This document shows, piece by piece, positions 40,806 through 53,899 of a stretch of 64,000 nucleotides of DNA (the stretch's first letter is position 1; every line of letters begins with the position of its first letter). A program made the position numbers and the translations under genes. The stretch spans positions 70,556,001 through 70,620,000 of the forward strand of contig OX597818.1 in assembly GCA_951406725.2 (NCBI GenBank), written 5' to 3'. The notes beneath the pieces were generated by a model that ran no database searches, had not been told where the DNA came from, and saw only the letters and a list, made by a program, of their open reading frames with translations. The DNA is from Octopus vulgaris (lineage: Eukaryota).

Positions 40806-41427
40806 TATATATACACACACACATACAAACATATGTGTATGAAAATGCAGATAAATATAAATGCATATACACAAATATATAATCTAGACACATACATACA
40901 CACAAACATATATAAAACTATCAATCCCCTTCTCTATCTCTCTATTTCTCTCTCTCTCTCTCTCTTTATCTCTCTCTCCCATTTCTCAACCCTTTTTTAC
41001 ACTATCACCCTCAATCCCTCTGCCTTCCCCCACTTCACACAGAATCTTTCCCTGCATCCCATATCACCTGACTTCATCTTATCACCCCAGTCAGCTTGTT
41101 TCTCCCTTCATACTTGGACCCCTTTCTCCAGCTCAACCCATGCATTTTCTGCCAACCCTGTTGACCCTGTTGTCCAATATAAATGTTGACCATATTGAAC
41201 TGGGAAGATCTTGACAAAGCAACTTCTGTGATGCTGGTTACCATCATAAAATGTATGCAATGTGCTCTGTAAATAGATTGATATTAGGAAGGGCATCCAA
41301 GTGTAGAAACCCAGTCAAAAATGAGCAGGTGTTTGTGTGTGTGTATACATACATACATACATACATACATTTTATGTATGTATATACACACTAATACATT
41401 AATATCTCATTTTTTTTTATTTGCTGG

Positions 41428-41586
41428 TTAACAAGGCAACCAATGGTTTTATGTAAGAAGATCTTCACAATTGTTCAAGCATGCTACATTGGTACTTATC
41501 TTCATTCTCATCCAAAATGGAGCTATGTGGTAAACTTGAACAATTGTGAAGATCTCTTCTCATAAAACCATTGATTGCCTTGTTAA
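41428..41586. repeat. TTAA-flanked MITE-like inverted repeat (~60-bp arms)
   Basis: ttaacaaggcaaccaatggttttatg..agatcttcacaattgttcaag pairs with cttgaacaattgtgaagatct..cataaaaccattgattgccttgttaa. Confidence 0.85.
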
Positions 41587-41603
41587 TTCCTTGTTAATTC
41601 ACA

Positions 41604-41667
<64 letters not shown>

Positions 41668-41744
41668 TGCATCATCATCTTAACATCCACTTTTTCATAT
41701 TTACATGAGTCAGAATAAATTTATTATGTGTATGTGTGTGTGTG

Positions 41745-44100
41745 TGACGGGCATCACCTCAGTAGTTAATTACCTATAAAGCAAAATATTTGACCAATGG
41801 TAGTTTCCATATTAGGTCGCCTGTGCCACTATATAGTGTAACAGCATACGGTTGGTGCAAATAAGTTCTCATTACAGAGAACACTCGTGACACAGTGAGG
41901 AACCTGATGTGTCCAAAGTGTGTGAAAGTGTTGTTTTATTGTTCTCCATGACAGCGTGGCATAACTAATGGTCCTCAAAGAATCACCAGGTAAAGACTAT
42001 TGAGTGTGAAGCATAGAATTACTTGGCAATAAAATGGTGAATTTCAAAATTGATATCATTGGTATTTCTGGAAGAGATTAGGACCAAAGCATTTGAGATA
42101 AAAGACAGGTCATCATCCATCCCTGAAGAAGAGATAACATTGAAACACAGGGAGTGGCTCTGATAAGAGAGGAGACAGATTTTTGGTAAAGTATCAAATC
42201 TTGTTACTCAGAGAGATGATGGAGTGCTTATTTCAATATCCTGGATAGAATGGTCACCATTTATCAGATCTATGGCCCAAATTCAAGTTACAGAAATGTT
42301 TTGATGACTTCACACATGCAAAAAAAACCAAAAAGATACTGCTTTGAAGCAATTCTTATACAATCAGAGGAAACTCCAGCATTAAAACCAAAGACCAATG
42401 CAAGAACCAGCCAAATGTTTTTGGAAATCAAACAATGAAAGCTACCAAAGTTCTGTGTAATAAACAGTGTTACAATAACAAATACCCTCTTCCACCACTC
42501 ATTTAAAACACAGGCAGAATGGTAACCAGAGCCTCAATCATGTAGACTGTATTATTATCCAGAAAAATAATGAAAGAAGCCAAAACTAAAAACAGTGCCA
42601 CATAGAATTTAACTTAGCTAAGTTCTGATCATTTGTTGTTCTTGTTAAATTTTGGAATCATACCAAAAGTGTAATAGTAAATATAAAAGGTAGCAAAATG
42701 ATATAATGGGAATAAAGCTGCTGATTAAGACCTGGTTCAAAAATTCAAAATACAGATGGGAGGTGTTTTAGCACCTTTGCTCTAGTTTGAGACAAATGAC
42801 ACTGACAGAATGGTCTTTCAAAGACACAAATAAAACAACAGAAGAAATGGTTGGCTTGGAAGGTTGAAAACAAATGGCAAGCCTATCATTAGGAATAGAG
42901 ACATGCTGTAAACAAAAAGAAAATGGTAGAACAGAAATGTTGAACAACTCAGACGATATTGTTAAAGTTGAACAATACAGAGAATTGAACAAAACAGTCA
43001 AAAACAGCCGTGGAAACACAAAAGAACAAAAACCTACCAGACAAAAATAGAATTAGCAGAAGCTGGCTTCAAGAACAATAATAATAATAATAGTAATGAT
43101 AATAGTGGAAACCTTTTCGAGATGTTCTATGAAATGTAGAGGAAGAACCGGAAAACATAGAGCGAGAAAAGATAAAGACAATAACACAGACACAAACACA
43201 CAGCTGAGGCATTTCAATGGGAGAAAGATAGTTTTTAATGACAACTTAACTATAACATCTTCCCACACAATCTGAGGGCCATATCAAGAAGCGCTGATGA
43301 TCCATCTAATGTGGTTATTTGGTCAGAAATAACAAAAGAAAGAAAATATTCTAAATTGATAAAAATGTTGTTCGTTATAGATGCCATCAGTGTTGAAATA
43401 CCAAAAGTAGAAGGGGAGCAGATGGTGAATATGTTACATTTAATATTCAACATAGAATGGAAAAAAGAGAAGTCCCTAAAATACAGGACCCATAAGATGA
43501 ATTTGTATAAAGGTTTAGGAGTAAACTCCTCCAAACTACAGAAAAATATCTCTCTGTTTCAGGAAAAGTATTCTGAAAAATTCTCCTGGAAAAAAATGGA
43601 AAGAAATATAAAAAAAAACAATGAGAGAGAATTAGTTTGGTTTTAGAGTTGTTAGAGAGGCACAGTTTGTGCCATCATCAGTTTGGTAATTGTAAAAACA
43701 AACAAAACATCAAGCACTTTTATGCTTCCAGCTTTATTGGCTTCAAAGCTGCTCTTTGCAGGGTCTGGTGAAAGCCCTGGAGAAAATTATGACAGTGATG
43801 GAGATAAACTTAAAGATAATTTGATTTTAGTGGTGCCATGCTATAAAAAGTGTGTCAGGGTTCTGGGTTCTGGATAACTGATTGGTTTGAAGTCTGTATG
43901 AGTTTGAAGCAAGAATTCATGGAAATTTTCATCATGAAAGAACTAAAAGATTTGGACAAAAGTCTAGAACTGATTGACCCCCTTCTCCGTAGATATGTTC
44001 ATAAGACAATCCTAATATCCATGATGATTAAAGAACTAATAAATATCCAATTAAAACTTATATGAAACATTTAAAATTTGTATGATGAAAATAAATGTAA
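41745..44100 (+). mobile_element. Highly degenerate LINE (APE endonuclease and RT remnants; RTE/BovB-like)
   Basis: Ordered relic motifs DIIGIS (~42052), QIYGPN (QxYAP, ~42265), ITNTLF (~42475), VDCII, SSDH (~42620), then D.ISVE..K..GE.MV..LH.IFN..W (~43380). Confidence 0.6.
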
Positions 44101-44737
44101 AGATCCTGTTATCTAACCAAAAAAAAAAAAAAATCCCTCTAAATGGCCCTGAAGTTGAAAGCACATTGTAGAGTTTGTCTGTTTACAAGTAGAAAGACTA
44201 TGGATCTCAGTAGAATCCATCATGACCATCTCTCAGTGGGTACTCATCTCCACTTTGTCAATCTAGTTTTTCTTTTTTTTTTTGTTGTCTTTTAGTCTGA
44301 AAATGTGGTTGGCAATACACATGATCTTTTAAAAGGCCTCTAACATTGAAGAAAGGGAGCTTTCCCCATATTAAAGATCTCATCTGAATGCTTTCAACAA
44401 AAATTCTCTAAACGTCCCCCAAGTGTCAGTTTGTGGTGGTGTTAAATTGAGTGTAGATTCAGTCTGTCACCCAGAAATTGAACTCAATGAAAAAAACTGA
44501 ACAAATACCACAAGGTATCTAATCTGACAGTCCATTTCTACCTCCTCCCCATGGCCCTTTGCTGGTATTTTATTTAATGGTCCCTGAAGATGGATGACAA
44601 AACTGATTTTGTTTGAGATTTGAACTCAAAACATAAGCTGCTGGAATAAATGCTGCAAAGTATTTCATCCACTACTCTTTCTCTCATATTTTTCGATCAC
44701 CATGGGTCATAAAACTGTGCTACAACTACCACCACCT

Positions 44738-44780
<43 letters not shown>

Positions 44781-44781
44781 A

Positions 44782-44812
<31 letters not shown>

Positions 44813-45646
44813 TTTTTGATAGAAGAGTGTAGTATGGTTGTGATTCTGTAGCAAATGGCCCTTCATTGCTTCAAGAACAGTGAGATTCTGTCATTTATCT
44901 AAAAACAAGAGGAAAATACAACAAGTGCATCTGTTTTGCCTGAAAATGATAAATCAATTGCTTTTGTTTTGTTGTTTTGTCGTTGTTTTTGTTTAATAAC
45001 TGTCTATAAGATTAGATCAGCTGTTTGACGAGGAATGAATAAGTTATAGTTGTAGGAAGAAGTATTTGAAACACAAATAAATCCCAAAACTGCTCTTTAA
45101 TAAACATTTTATCAACATTTTATATTTCATATTGATGTAGTTTATTGTTTGAATTCACCAGCTGTTCCAGACATGTTCTTTACTTGGTGGCTTAAACTAT
45201 CTAGTATTGGCTTGACCATGCTGGAGCATTGATATATTTAAGACAGTCTTTCTGCCAGTCTGTTTTCAGTATGTTTATTTACAATATGAATTAGAAACTA
45301 AAGAAGAAAAAAATTATCTTAACGAAGGGTAAAATAACCTTAACGATTACCGAATAAGTGAAGAGGAAAATATAAGCAAGGCAATTAATCATGATTTCGA
45401 AAATGAACTCCATGGTGTAATGAATCATAATTAAAGAAATCAATCATTATAAAACTCCACCGAATAATAATAATAATAATAATAATAATCATAATAATAA
45501 TAATAATAATAATAATCATAATAAATATACTGCTGATAAATGAAAAGAAATCACCATCACCACCATCATCATCATCGTCAGGCTGTAATTTGTAAAAGGT
45601 CTGCTGTTTAAGAGTAACGTTTAACCAGATTTACACTTTCCTATAG

Positions 45647-45812
45647 CAAGAGATTTATGTTGAAAGCTTTAAAGGAATATTCTAGACAAATAGAATTGGT
45701 GTCTGGCCTGCTTCTTCTACCGCTTCCATTAAAGATAGTCGTATGAAGTTAAACGTTCACTTATTTACTGCAGAACAAATGGATAAGGAACTTGCAATTA
45801 TTGGAAAGAGAG
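45647..45812 (+). other. Candidate exon (acceptor ttacactttcctatAG; donor GAG|GTGAGT) with ORF MKLNVHLFTAEQMDKELAIIGKR from 45743
   Basis: Consensus donor at 45813 in non-repetitive sequence; reading frame open from 45686 to the donor. No homology recognised. Confidence 0.35.
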
Positions 45813-46890
45813 GTGAGTTTAGACATCTTTGAATAGATTAATGTTTGCAGTCTTTGGAGAAATCTCCATTTAACTAAAACAAGAAAAAAAAGAAGAAAAC
45901 TAAGTCCATCACTACCACCATCATCATTGTCAACATCATCATTATTATTATCATCATCTTTATCGTTACTATTATCATCATCATCATCACTATAACCATT
46001 GTCATCATCATCATTGTCATCACCATCATCATAACCATCATCTGCATTCTCATGAGATGGTTTTTCTTCCTAGTCAACACAGGATGAATAGTTTTGCAAA
46101 ATGGTTTTCTCTCTCTTCCAACAAAAGCCTTTTCTGTTTAAGGTCATTTCCTCTGATATCATCCTTAATATTTCTTTCACCTTTGACCCTCTCAGCTCTC
46201 ATCGATGACCATCGATAATAAGGCCCTCATTCCTGCTCCATGCTGTTGTCCATTCAAAACGAAGAAACAGTCCAACACAGAAACTTAATAAATAAATAAA
46301 TAGAAACATACACTTCAGCAAGGGAATGTGTACGCAGTCAACTGATCTGCTAGAAATAACAGCTAAAACTCTTTCTCAAATTACTCCCTACGACATAAAA
46401 ATAAGAAAGGATCTTTCTCATTCACTGGATAGGTGGGGATGAAGTGCTGTGCTGTGCCTATGACCTTTATAGGTCATTTTGCAACCCGTAATGGTCACCA
46501 CAGATTGACTAATTACTGCTAGGAAATACTTGCAAGCCAAGTACTTATTCCATCAGTCTATTTTGCTGAACCGCTAAGTTATGGAGATATAAACACACCA
46601 GCATTGGTTGTGAAGTGATGGTAGGAGACAAATACTGTCAAGAAGACAGACAGACACACACACACACACACACACACATAGATTGAATCAGTTTGATTCA
46701 AACTCCTTGGTACTCTGAGTTTCAAGCATATGGCTAGTCTTTGGCCATTGGGGTCTGAATGAGAGTTTGATTGAAGAGAGTCAATGTTTACTAATGGACG
46801 TTAGCCTGCGATTGGTCAAAAAAGGTCACATGGTATAAACAGTCTGATGTTGGTATTTTAGCAACAACAATTACTTGGAAAATACAACAT

Positions 46891-47189
46891 GGTGAACAGG
46901 AAACCATTTGTATGGTGAACAGGAAACCGTTTGTATGGTGAACAGGAAATCAATCATGTGGTGAACAGGAAACTGGTTGTGTGGTACACAGGAAATCCGC
47001 TCAGTGGTGAACAGGAAACCACTTGTATGGTGAACAGGAAATCAATCATGTGGGGAACAGGAAATCAATCATGTGGGGAACAGGAAATCAATCATGTGGG
47101 GAACAGGAAACCGGTTAAATGGTGAACAGGAAATTGGTTGAGTGGTGAACAGGAAATCGGTTCAGTAGTGAACAGGAAATCGGTCGTGT
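46891..47189 (+). repeat. Minisatellite, 13 x 23 bp, conserved GGTGAACAGGAAA core plus variable 10 bp
   Basis: Units start at 46891, 46914, 46937 and so on at exact 23-bp period; ACAGGAAA is present in all 13 units. Confidence 0.95.
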
Positions 47190-47544
47190 TGTTGGGGAGA
47201 AGTAGGAAGGAGCAGTGGATGTTGGTGTGTGTGTGTGTGTGTGCATGTGTGTGCATGCGTGCACACAAGCATGGATGTGTGAATGTGCATCTAAGTACAG
47301 ATACACATTCATATAAGTACAGATGCATACATGCATGTTACCAAACATCATTTCAAATTCTTTTATTCTTTTACCAGTTTTCAGTTCTTCAACAACTGTG
47401 ACCATACTGGAGCACTTCTTTCAATCAGATCAACACCATTTCTGATTCCAGTCTAATACTTATTTCATTAATCACTTCTAGACTAATTTCTAAGTTACAA
47501 ATCATAAAGGGACGTAACAAAGACACTGATTTGAACATAAACAG

Positions 47545-47584
<40 letters not shown>

Positions 47585-48391
47585 TATATGCACATACGTA
47601 TGTATGTATGTATATATATATATTCCATCTTATACTCTGTTCTGCCAGAGTCTCTCAGCAATCCCTTCCTTTCAAAGCAATTACTTTCACTTTTTTATTA
47701 TCCCCTCGAATTGTGTAAAAGTATTTGCTCTTGGAGAAAAGAGAGATGGCAATAATTCCTCCAATCTGTTGGTTGTTGGGAGAGAGAGAGGGGGGGTGGA
47801 AGGAATTGGTCAGATTCACTATTTGACTGGAATTTTATTCTTTGAACCCCAGAGAGATGAAAGCAAAGTTCACCTCTGCTAGATTTGAACTCATAACACA
47901 GAGAGCCCTAACAAATTCTATATCAGTTTTTTACATTATATATATATGCTTCAGTTTTCTATATATGTGTGTGTGTGTGTATTATGTATGTATGTATGTA
48001 TACTTACACACTCACATATCACAAGCTTCTGCACAGTTTCCATCTGCAAATTCCACTTGCCAGATATTGATCAGCTCAATATCAAAATGGTATCAAATAT
48101 GAAAGCACAGTGTTGCAAAGCAAACTACTTAACTGCACCAAGATGTATTTAGATTCCTTAGATTAAGACAACAGTGTGTATAACTGTTATATATTAATGT
48201 AGAAGGGCTCTTGTAATATTCCTTCTCAGAAAACTCTCCCAAAGAAACTTATTTGTTAACAAAAGACAGAGCTTACTTGATGCCATTCTCAGTGATCTCG
48301 GTGTATTCCAAACACAAGTTTTTTTTAGAGAAGTCTCTCTGCGACAAAACAATAGTGCTAGCACCATTCTACATTTGTATATATAATTTCC

Positions 48392-48459
<68 letters not shown>

Positions 48460-48473
48460 GTATATATACTATG

Positions 48474-49210
48474 CTGGACATAAAAAGCATCAGATGTGGT
48501 GTGCAAGAGCGACGCTTGCGATGGTATGGTCATGTACTGCGGATGGATGAGTAGAGATGTGTGAAGAAGTGCCACTCCCAAACAGTTGAAGGTATCAGGG
48601 GGAGAGGTAGACCCAGGAAGACATGGAATGAGGTAGTCAAGCATGACCTCAGAGCGTTGGGCCTCACTGAGGCAATGGCGAAGGACCGAGATCTCTGGAG
48701 ATATGCTGTGACTGCAAAGACCCGGGCTGCTTCCTGCACCAGTTCTGCATAGCCCCCTGCCCATTCAAAATACCCTGGATCCCGGAATGTCTCGCTGTGC
48801 TTGAGGAGACCTGTTGAGTCAAGTACATGAACATGAACATCGAAATAAATATCAATGGAAATAGTAGTTGTGATACCTGTGCCGGTGGCACATAAAAAGC
48901 ACCATCCGAACGTGGTCGTTGCCAGCCTTAGCCTTAGCTGGCTTCCGTGCCGGTGGCACGTTAAAAGCTCCAACCGATCGTGGCCGATGCCGGACCCCCC
49001 TGACACCTGTGCAGGTGGCACGTAAAAAGCACCCACTACACTCGCGGAGTGGTTGGCATTAGGAAGGGCATCCAGCTGTAGAAACTCTGCCAGATTAGAC
49101 TGGAGCCCGGTGCAGCCCCTGGCTCCCCAGACCCCGGTCGAACCGTCCAACCCGTGCTAGCGCAGAAAACAGACGTTAAGCGATGATGATGATGATGATG
49201 ATGATGATGA
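48474..49210 (+). mobile_element. 5'-truncated RTE LINE (ORF end, 3' UTR, (GAT)n)
   Basis: RCGVQERRLRWYGHV...RGRGRPRKTWNEVVKHDL..LGLTE...DRDLW; ~60-bp UTR units; shared tail. Confidence 0.93.
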
Positions 49211-49566
49211 CTATCCATTGTTATTTTGATCTGCTTCAAATGTATAAGAATACTTTAGTTAGGTTTTAAGTTTAAATCATTATATTTTCTGCTTAAGCAG
49301 ACCTTTTGTATTCTTAGCTTACTGTACTAATAGCTTCTCTCTTCCAGCATTCTATTGACTGCTTGGTGAACAAATGAAGCATAATGTCTCTTTATCATCA
49401 TCATCACCACTGTCGTCATCTGCATATTTATACCCGTTTTCCATGCTGTCATGAGTTGGACAAATTGTTTCAGTCTGACTTACCTCCCATCAGGAGTGAC
49501 TGGTACCAAAGGTTAGGTGCTTGTTTGTGTCATTTGGCATGATTTTTATAGCTGGATTTCATTCCA

Positions 49567-49973
49567 GGCGTGGATGTGTGGTAAGAAGCTTGCTTCCCAA
49601 CCACATGGTCCTGAGTTCAGTCCCACTGTGTGGCACCTTGGTCAAATGTCTTCTACTATAGCCTCAGGCCGACCAAAGCCTAGTGAGTAGATCTGGTAGG
49701 TGGAAACTGAAAGAAGCCCATCATGTAAATATGTATGTTTGTATCTTTATGTGTGTGTGTCTTTGTGTCTGTGTTTGTCCCCCCACCATCGCTTGACAAC
49801 CGATGTTGGTGTGTTTATGTCCCTGAAACTTAGCAGTCTGGCAAAAGAGACCGATAGAATAAGTACTAGGCTTAGAAAGAATAAGTCCTGGGATCGATTT
49901 GTTTGAGTAAAGGCAGTGCTCCAGCATGGCCATAGTTAAATGACTGAAATGTGTAAAAGAGTAAAAAAGTATA
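49567..49973 (+). mobile_element. tRNA-derived SINE, family A, full length
   Basis: A-box region ggcgtggatgtgtggtaag, B box gagttcagtccc (49613-49624), ggcaccttgg.caa core, internal (TG)n, tail ccagcatggcc...tgactgaaa..gtaaaagag. Confidence 0.9.
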
Positions 49974-50735
49974 AATGTCACAAGATTTACAAACGTTAAA
50001 GGAATTTATTTTATTGTAGAAATTTAAAAGGATTCAACGTTACAAAATGCAATTATGTTGTTAACGCAACAGAGGATTGGTTAATTGTCTTACTCTGCCG
50101 TGAAGAAAATACCTGCATCAGGAGATCAGGACTCAAGTATTTATCCCTGTGGTCACCATATTCAAATAAAATACATTGTTTCAATAAATATTGAAGACAT
50201 CAAAAACATTCTGACTAGTCTAAGCATAAATACTGATTCATATTCATAAATCATCATCGTCGTCGTCGTCATATGCTTTACCTCCCCCAGTTTTGGTACA
50301 TGCTAATTTTGTCCTAATTAAATGGCTGAACATAACTTAATAAAGTTGTTCTTGGACCAAATTATGATGTAAGGTTTTCATTGAAATGTGGACACTGAAT
50401 GACTTTATATTATCAAACATGACAAAGTCTCAAACAAATTTGTTTTGAAAGGGCTAATGTAGTTCAGAATTGTCATAAATTATAACAGCAAAGACTGTTT
50501 CTATCAATAAATATTTTATTTGTGTCACATTAGTGTAATAAATAAATGCTCTTTGGTCAGGGACTGTTCCTCTGACTACAGAAGCATTTCACCCAACTTG
50601 TAATGGGCAGGGTAAGCCTTTATCCAGGTTGGAGAAGCAATCAATGTCATGTAAAGAATTTTATCCAACAACAGATTGACAACAGAGCAATGAAACCTGT
50701 GTTGTATAACCGGTTTCTCTGTTCTTCTTTCTTAG

Positions 50736-50935
50736 AAACACTCAGACTGTTGACTTCTGGAAGAAGAGAAAACAACGGTTGAATCATTTAAAGACGTATA
50801 TGAAACTATTTGAAGTAAAACTAGCGAGAGCGAGGAATTCCTGCTCTCATGGACTCTATACTTCAACAACTTATCATCTCCTTAATGTGATGCCACAGAA
50901 AATGTTTACAATAAAATAATTGAATATTTCCATTA
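50736..50935 (+). other. Candidate terminal exon
   Basis: Strong acceptor tttctctgttcttctttcttAG (50735); one frame open for 60 codons (NTQTVDFWKKRKQRLNHLK...* at 50919); AATAAA at 50910; followed by AT-rich non-repetitive UTR-like DNA. Confidence 0.3.
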
Positions 50936-52349
50936 CTTCTGCAAGAATTTTCTCATTAAGCTTGGCTCCAGGTTACAGCAACTATTTTTTCGGGTTTCTT
51001 TTTCTTGATTCTCAACTTGTTTGTATAGGTATTCAACAAGATCTCTGTTTTGCTCACCATGTTGTAATCCTGAGATCTATTGATACAATTTATCAAATTT
51101 TTCATGCATAAGAACACTTTTACGGATGTTAAGCTTCGTTTTATTACAATTTTGAATAATTTTTCTTCAAAATCTATTTCCATTCCAATTTGGCTGTAGT
51201 TATTTTGATTTCTGTCTTGTTTTTCATAACAATTTTTTCTTCAAGCACAAACTACCTTTTGGTCAATAAATTGTAACAAACCAATCAATTCTTTCATCAA
51301 ATAAGACTTAATTTAAGAGCAAAGAACAAACTAAACAAACTTTCTCTACTTTCTATATAAAACACCCGCAATTTCCATTCCATGCTTCAAGAAAACATCC
51401 AAAACAAGGTTTTTCAATGCTTATTTTTCTTGTAATTATTTTTAATTCTTGCTGATGATTCTTATGATTTTACTTTATTCATATTCAATCAATCACAATA
51501 TAGCAAATATCAATCATTTTTATTCACTCAAGTAAAATTCTTTTACAAATCATTTTTAGATATGATTTTATGTTTTTCCTCTTATTTTTATTTTTCATAA
51601 GTTATCAATAAAAATATGAAATCATTTTTATCATGTTTCATTTTCGGTTTCTATATTTACTTCTTTAATTTAAAATTTTTTTTTGTAGATTTTATTCTTT
51701 TTTTACCTTTCATTAAATTTTATCAGCTTATCGTAAGACGGAAGGTGTCACACGTTTGTGATAATTTGCTAACAGTTATTGATAAATGCCAGTAAATGAA
51801 TAATTTCTAATGTAGCAGATAAATGAAAATTTAATATCATTATTATATATACAATTTCTTTTTTGTTCAAAAAGCAACAAATAATGAAAGTTAATCGCAT
51901 TTTCCATTTCTTAGACATAACATAAATCATCCATCACAAAATTGTTACAGTTAAATAAACGTCAACGCAAACAACAAAACAAAACGAGAGAGAGAGAAGA
52001 ATCAATGCGAACAAGATGCAGAATAACACACGGTTTCTTCCAACTTCAAATGGTAATCATATAAGAAATGATTTGATTCTTATCTCTGTGAGAAACTTTT
52101 CAATGATGCTAATGGCAATATCGAGAATCCAAGAAGTCTGTTGTCAATGTCATGGGATATGTGTATCTTTCTCCATGCAGCACTATTTTAATGTTCTATA
52201 ACTGTGCACTTATTCATTCATTTTGCTTCACTGTGCCGACTGTGTGTCTCAAAAGTCTGCAAGGTATTTTCAATAAAGAGATGTGTTTAAATATTGGCAT
52301 ATTTTTGGAACATCATTTGCATGTATTTATGTGTGTGTGTGCATATATG

Positions 52350-52417
<68 letters not shown>

Positions 52418-53289
52418 GACAGACAGACACAGGTATATACATTGCTGGTTCCCCTCATTATACTAAGGCTAGCTGGGGCACAGCCTTAAAGGGATATCAG
52501 TCGGGTGCTTATTTTATTAATCACTTATCAAATTATGAAGTCAGCTGTTGATGTAAAGAGTTGCATCTCAATGCATTGTTTTATACCAACACACATAAGC
52601 AAATACACACACACACACACACGATGTGTGTGTCTGTCTTTGGAGATTTCTTTTTCCACCCACCACCATTTTCTCTTACACCATATATGGTTCTAACTTC
52701 CCCCACACCAAATGTTTCTACTCAACTTTCCTCAGTGGATCTTCCTCTTGATTCTGCATCCTGTGGAATTCACCCTCCTTCAATTCTTCAGACATCCTTC
52801 CAGTTATGCAACTTAAGAAAAAAATCATTTTGTGTCTCTTTTCTTTTCTTTTCTGTGGAAACGTAAAACACTTCCACATTCTGCTACATGCACACACATC
52901 TACTCCATTCTTTTTGCCTTTCCTTGCGCTTCACCAAACTAAACTTCTTCTGTCAATTCCTCCTTGGAACCATCCTTGGGACACTCCTTTCAGTGTCCCT
53001 GGACGTCTCACAAATATTTTGTAATTGTTGAATAATTCACAGAAATAACTTTCCTCTTGTTTTGTTTTTTTTTTCAAAAGTGTTTTGTTTTTATAATTAA
53101 TATCTCTCTCATTTTCATTTCTTTTAATCAGTTCATGTAGAAATATCTCACACTCATACACTTGCACACACACACACACACACACAACACACAAATACTT
53201 CACACCCCCATTAACCTACACCACTATATTTCTACACATATGCAAAAGACAGACAGACACACATTCTCAGTTTTATATATAGAGAGATT

Positions 53290-53795
53290 TCCAGCTGGAT
53301 TAGGCCCTCTGCTGCCTTCCTTTTGTGGTTGATAGAGCCTGTGGAAGTCTGATTTTGGGTGATGCATCCTGTTTAGTGTCGGCAGTTTCCTGGTCTTAAT
53401 GTTCATATGCCGGAGATCCCTCAGATTCTAATTGATGACATTAAGACTACACTGGACAACAGGGACCCCCAGTGAATTTATAGCTGCAATTCTATTCTGA
53501 GAGTTCAGCTCAGTACTCAAGACCATTCTAACACATAATATACTTTCCTGATCTTCTCTTTCATTGGTCTGTGTTGAATCCCTTTCCCTTCATATATCCC
53601 AAGATACTTATAACAACTTTCTTCATCAAGGTCCTTGGTAGATGTATCCTGATCAAGTTGGGTCATGGTATTAGCTCTCAGCTTATCACATTTGAACAAA
53701 ACTTTTGCACATTTATCAAGGGTCAAATTCCATATTGATGTCATCACTGGATTTTTTTCACAGTTATTAGTAGCCCTTTCAGAGCCTTGTCATCT
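53290..53795 (-). mobile_element. R4/Dong-type RT C-terminal fragment
   Basis: LDKCAK...YKYLGI...AINSL.VPV...KTRKL..LNRMHHPKSDFHRLY.PQKEGSRG (HHPK.D..RLY.PR..GGRG motif). Confidence 0.85.
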
Positions 53796-53899
53796 TTTAT
53801 TGTTGTTGTTAATAACCCACTGTAATTGACCCAACACTTTCACCTGAATTTACTGACCTTGTGAGTGGATTTGGTTGATAGAACTTCAATATATATATA

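Noticed and set aside
46891-47189. CRISPR-like look (constant repeat plus variable spacer)
   Set aside because: Repeat 13 bp and spacer 10 bp are far too short, spacers recur (tcaatcatgt four times), the context is eukaryotic and there are no cas genes.
48530-49150. 206-aa minus-strand ORF, and similar ORFs at 21916-22299 and 63257-63691
   Set aside because: Antisense reading of the GC-richer RTE 3' UTR; similarity between these ORFs comes from the repeat itself.
50117-50200. Minus-strand exon (FEYGDHRDKYLSPDLLMQ|GTATTT)
   Set aside because: In-frame stop a few codons upstream with no AG acceptor in between; weak donor.
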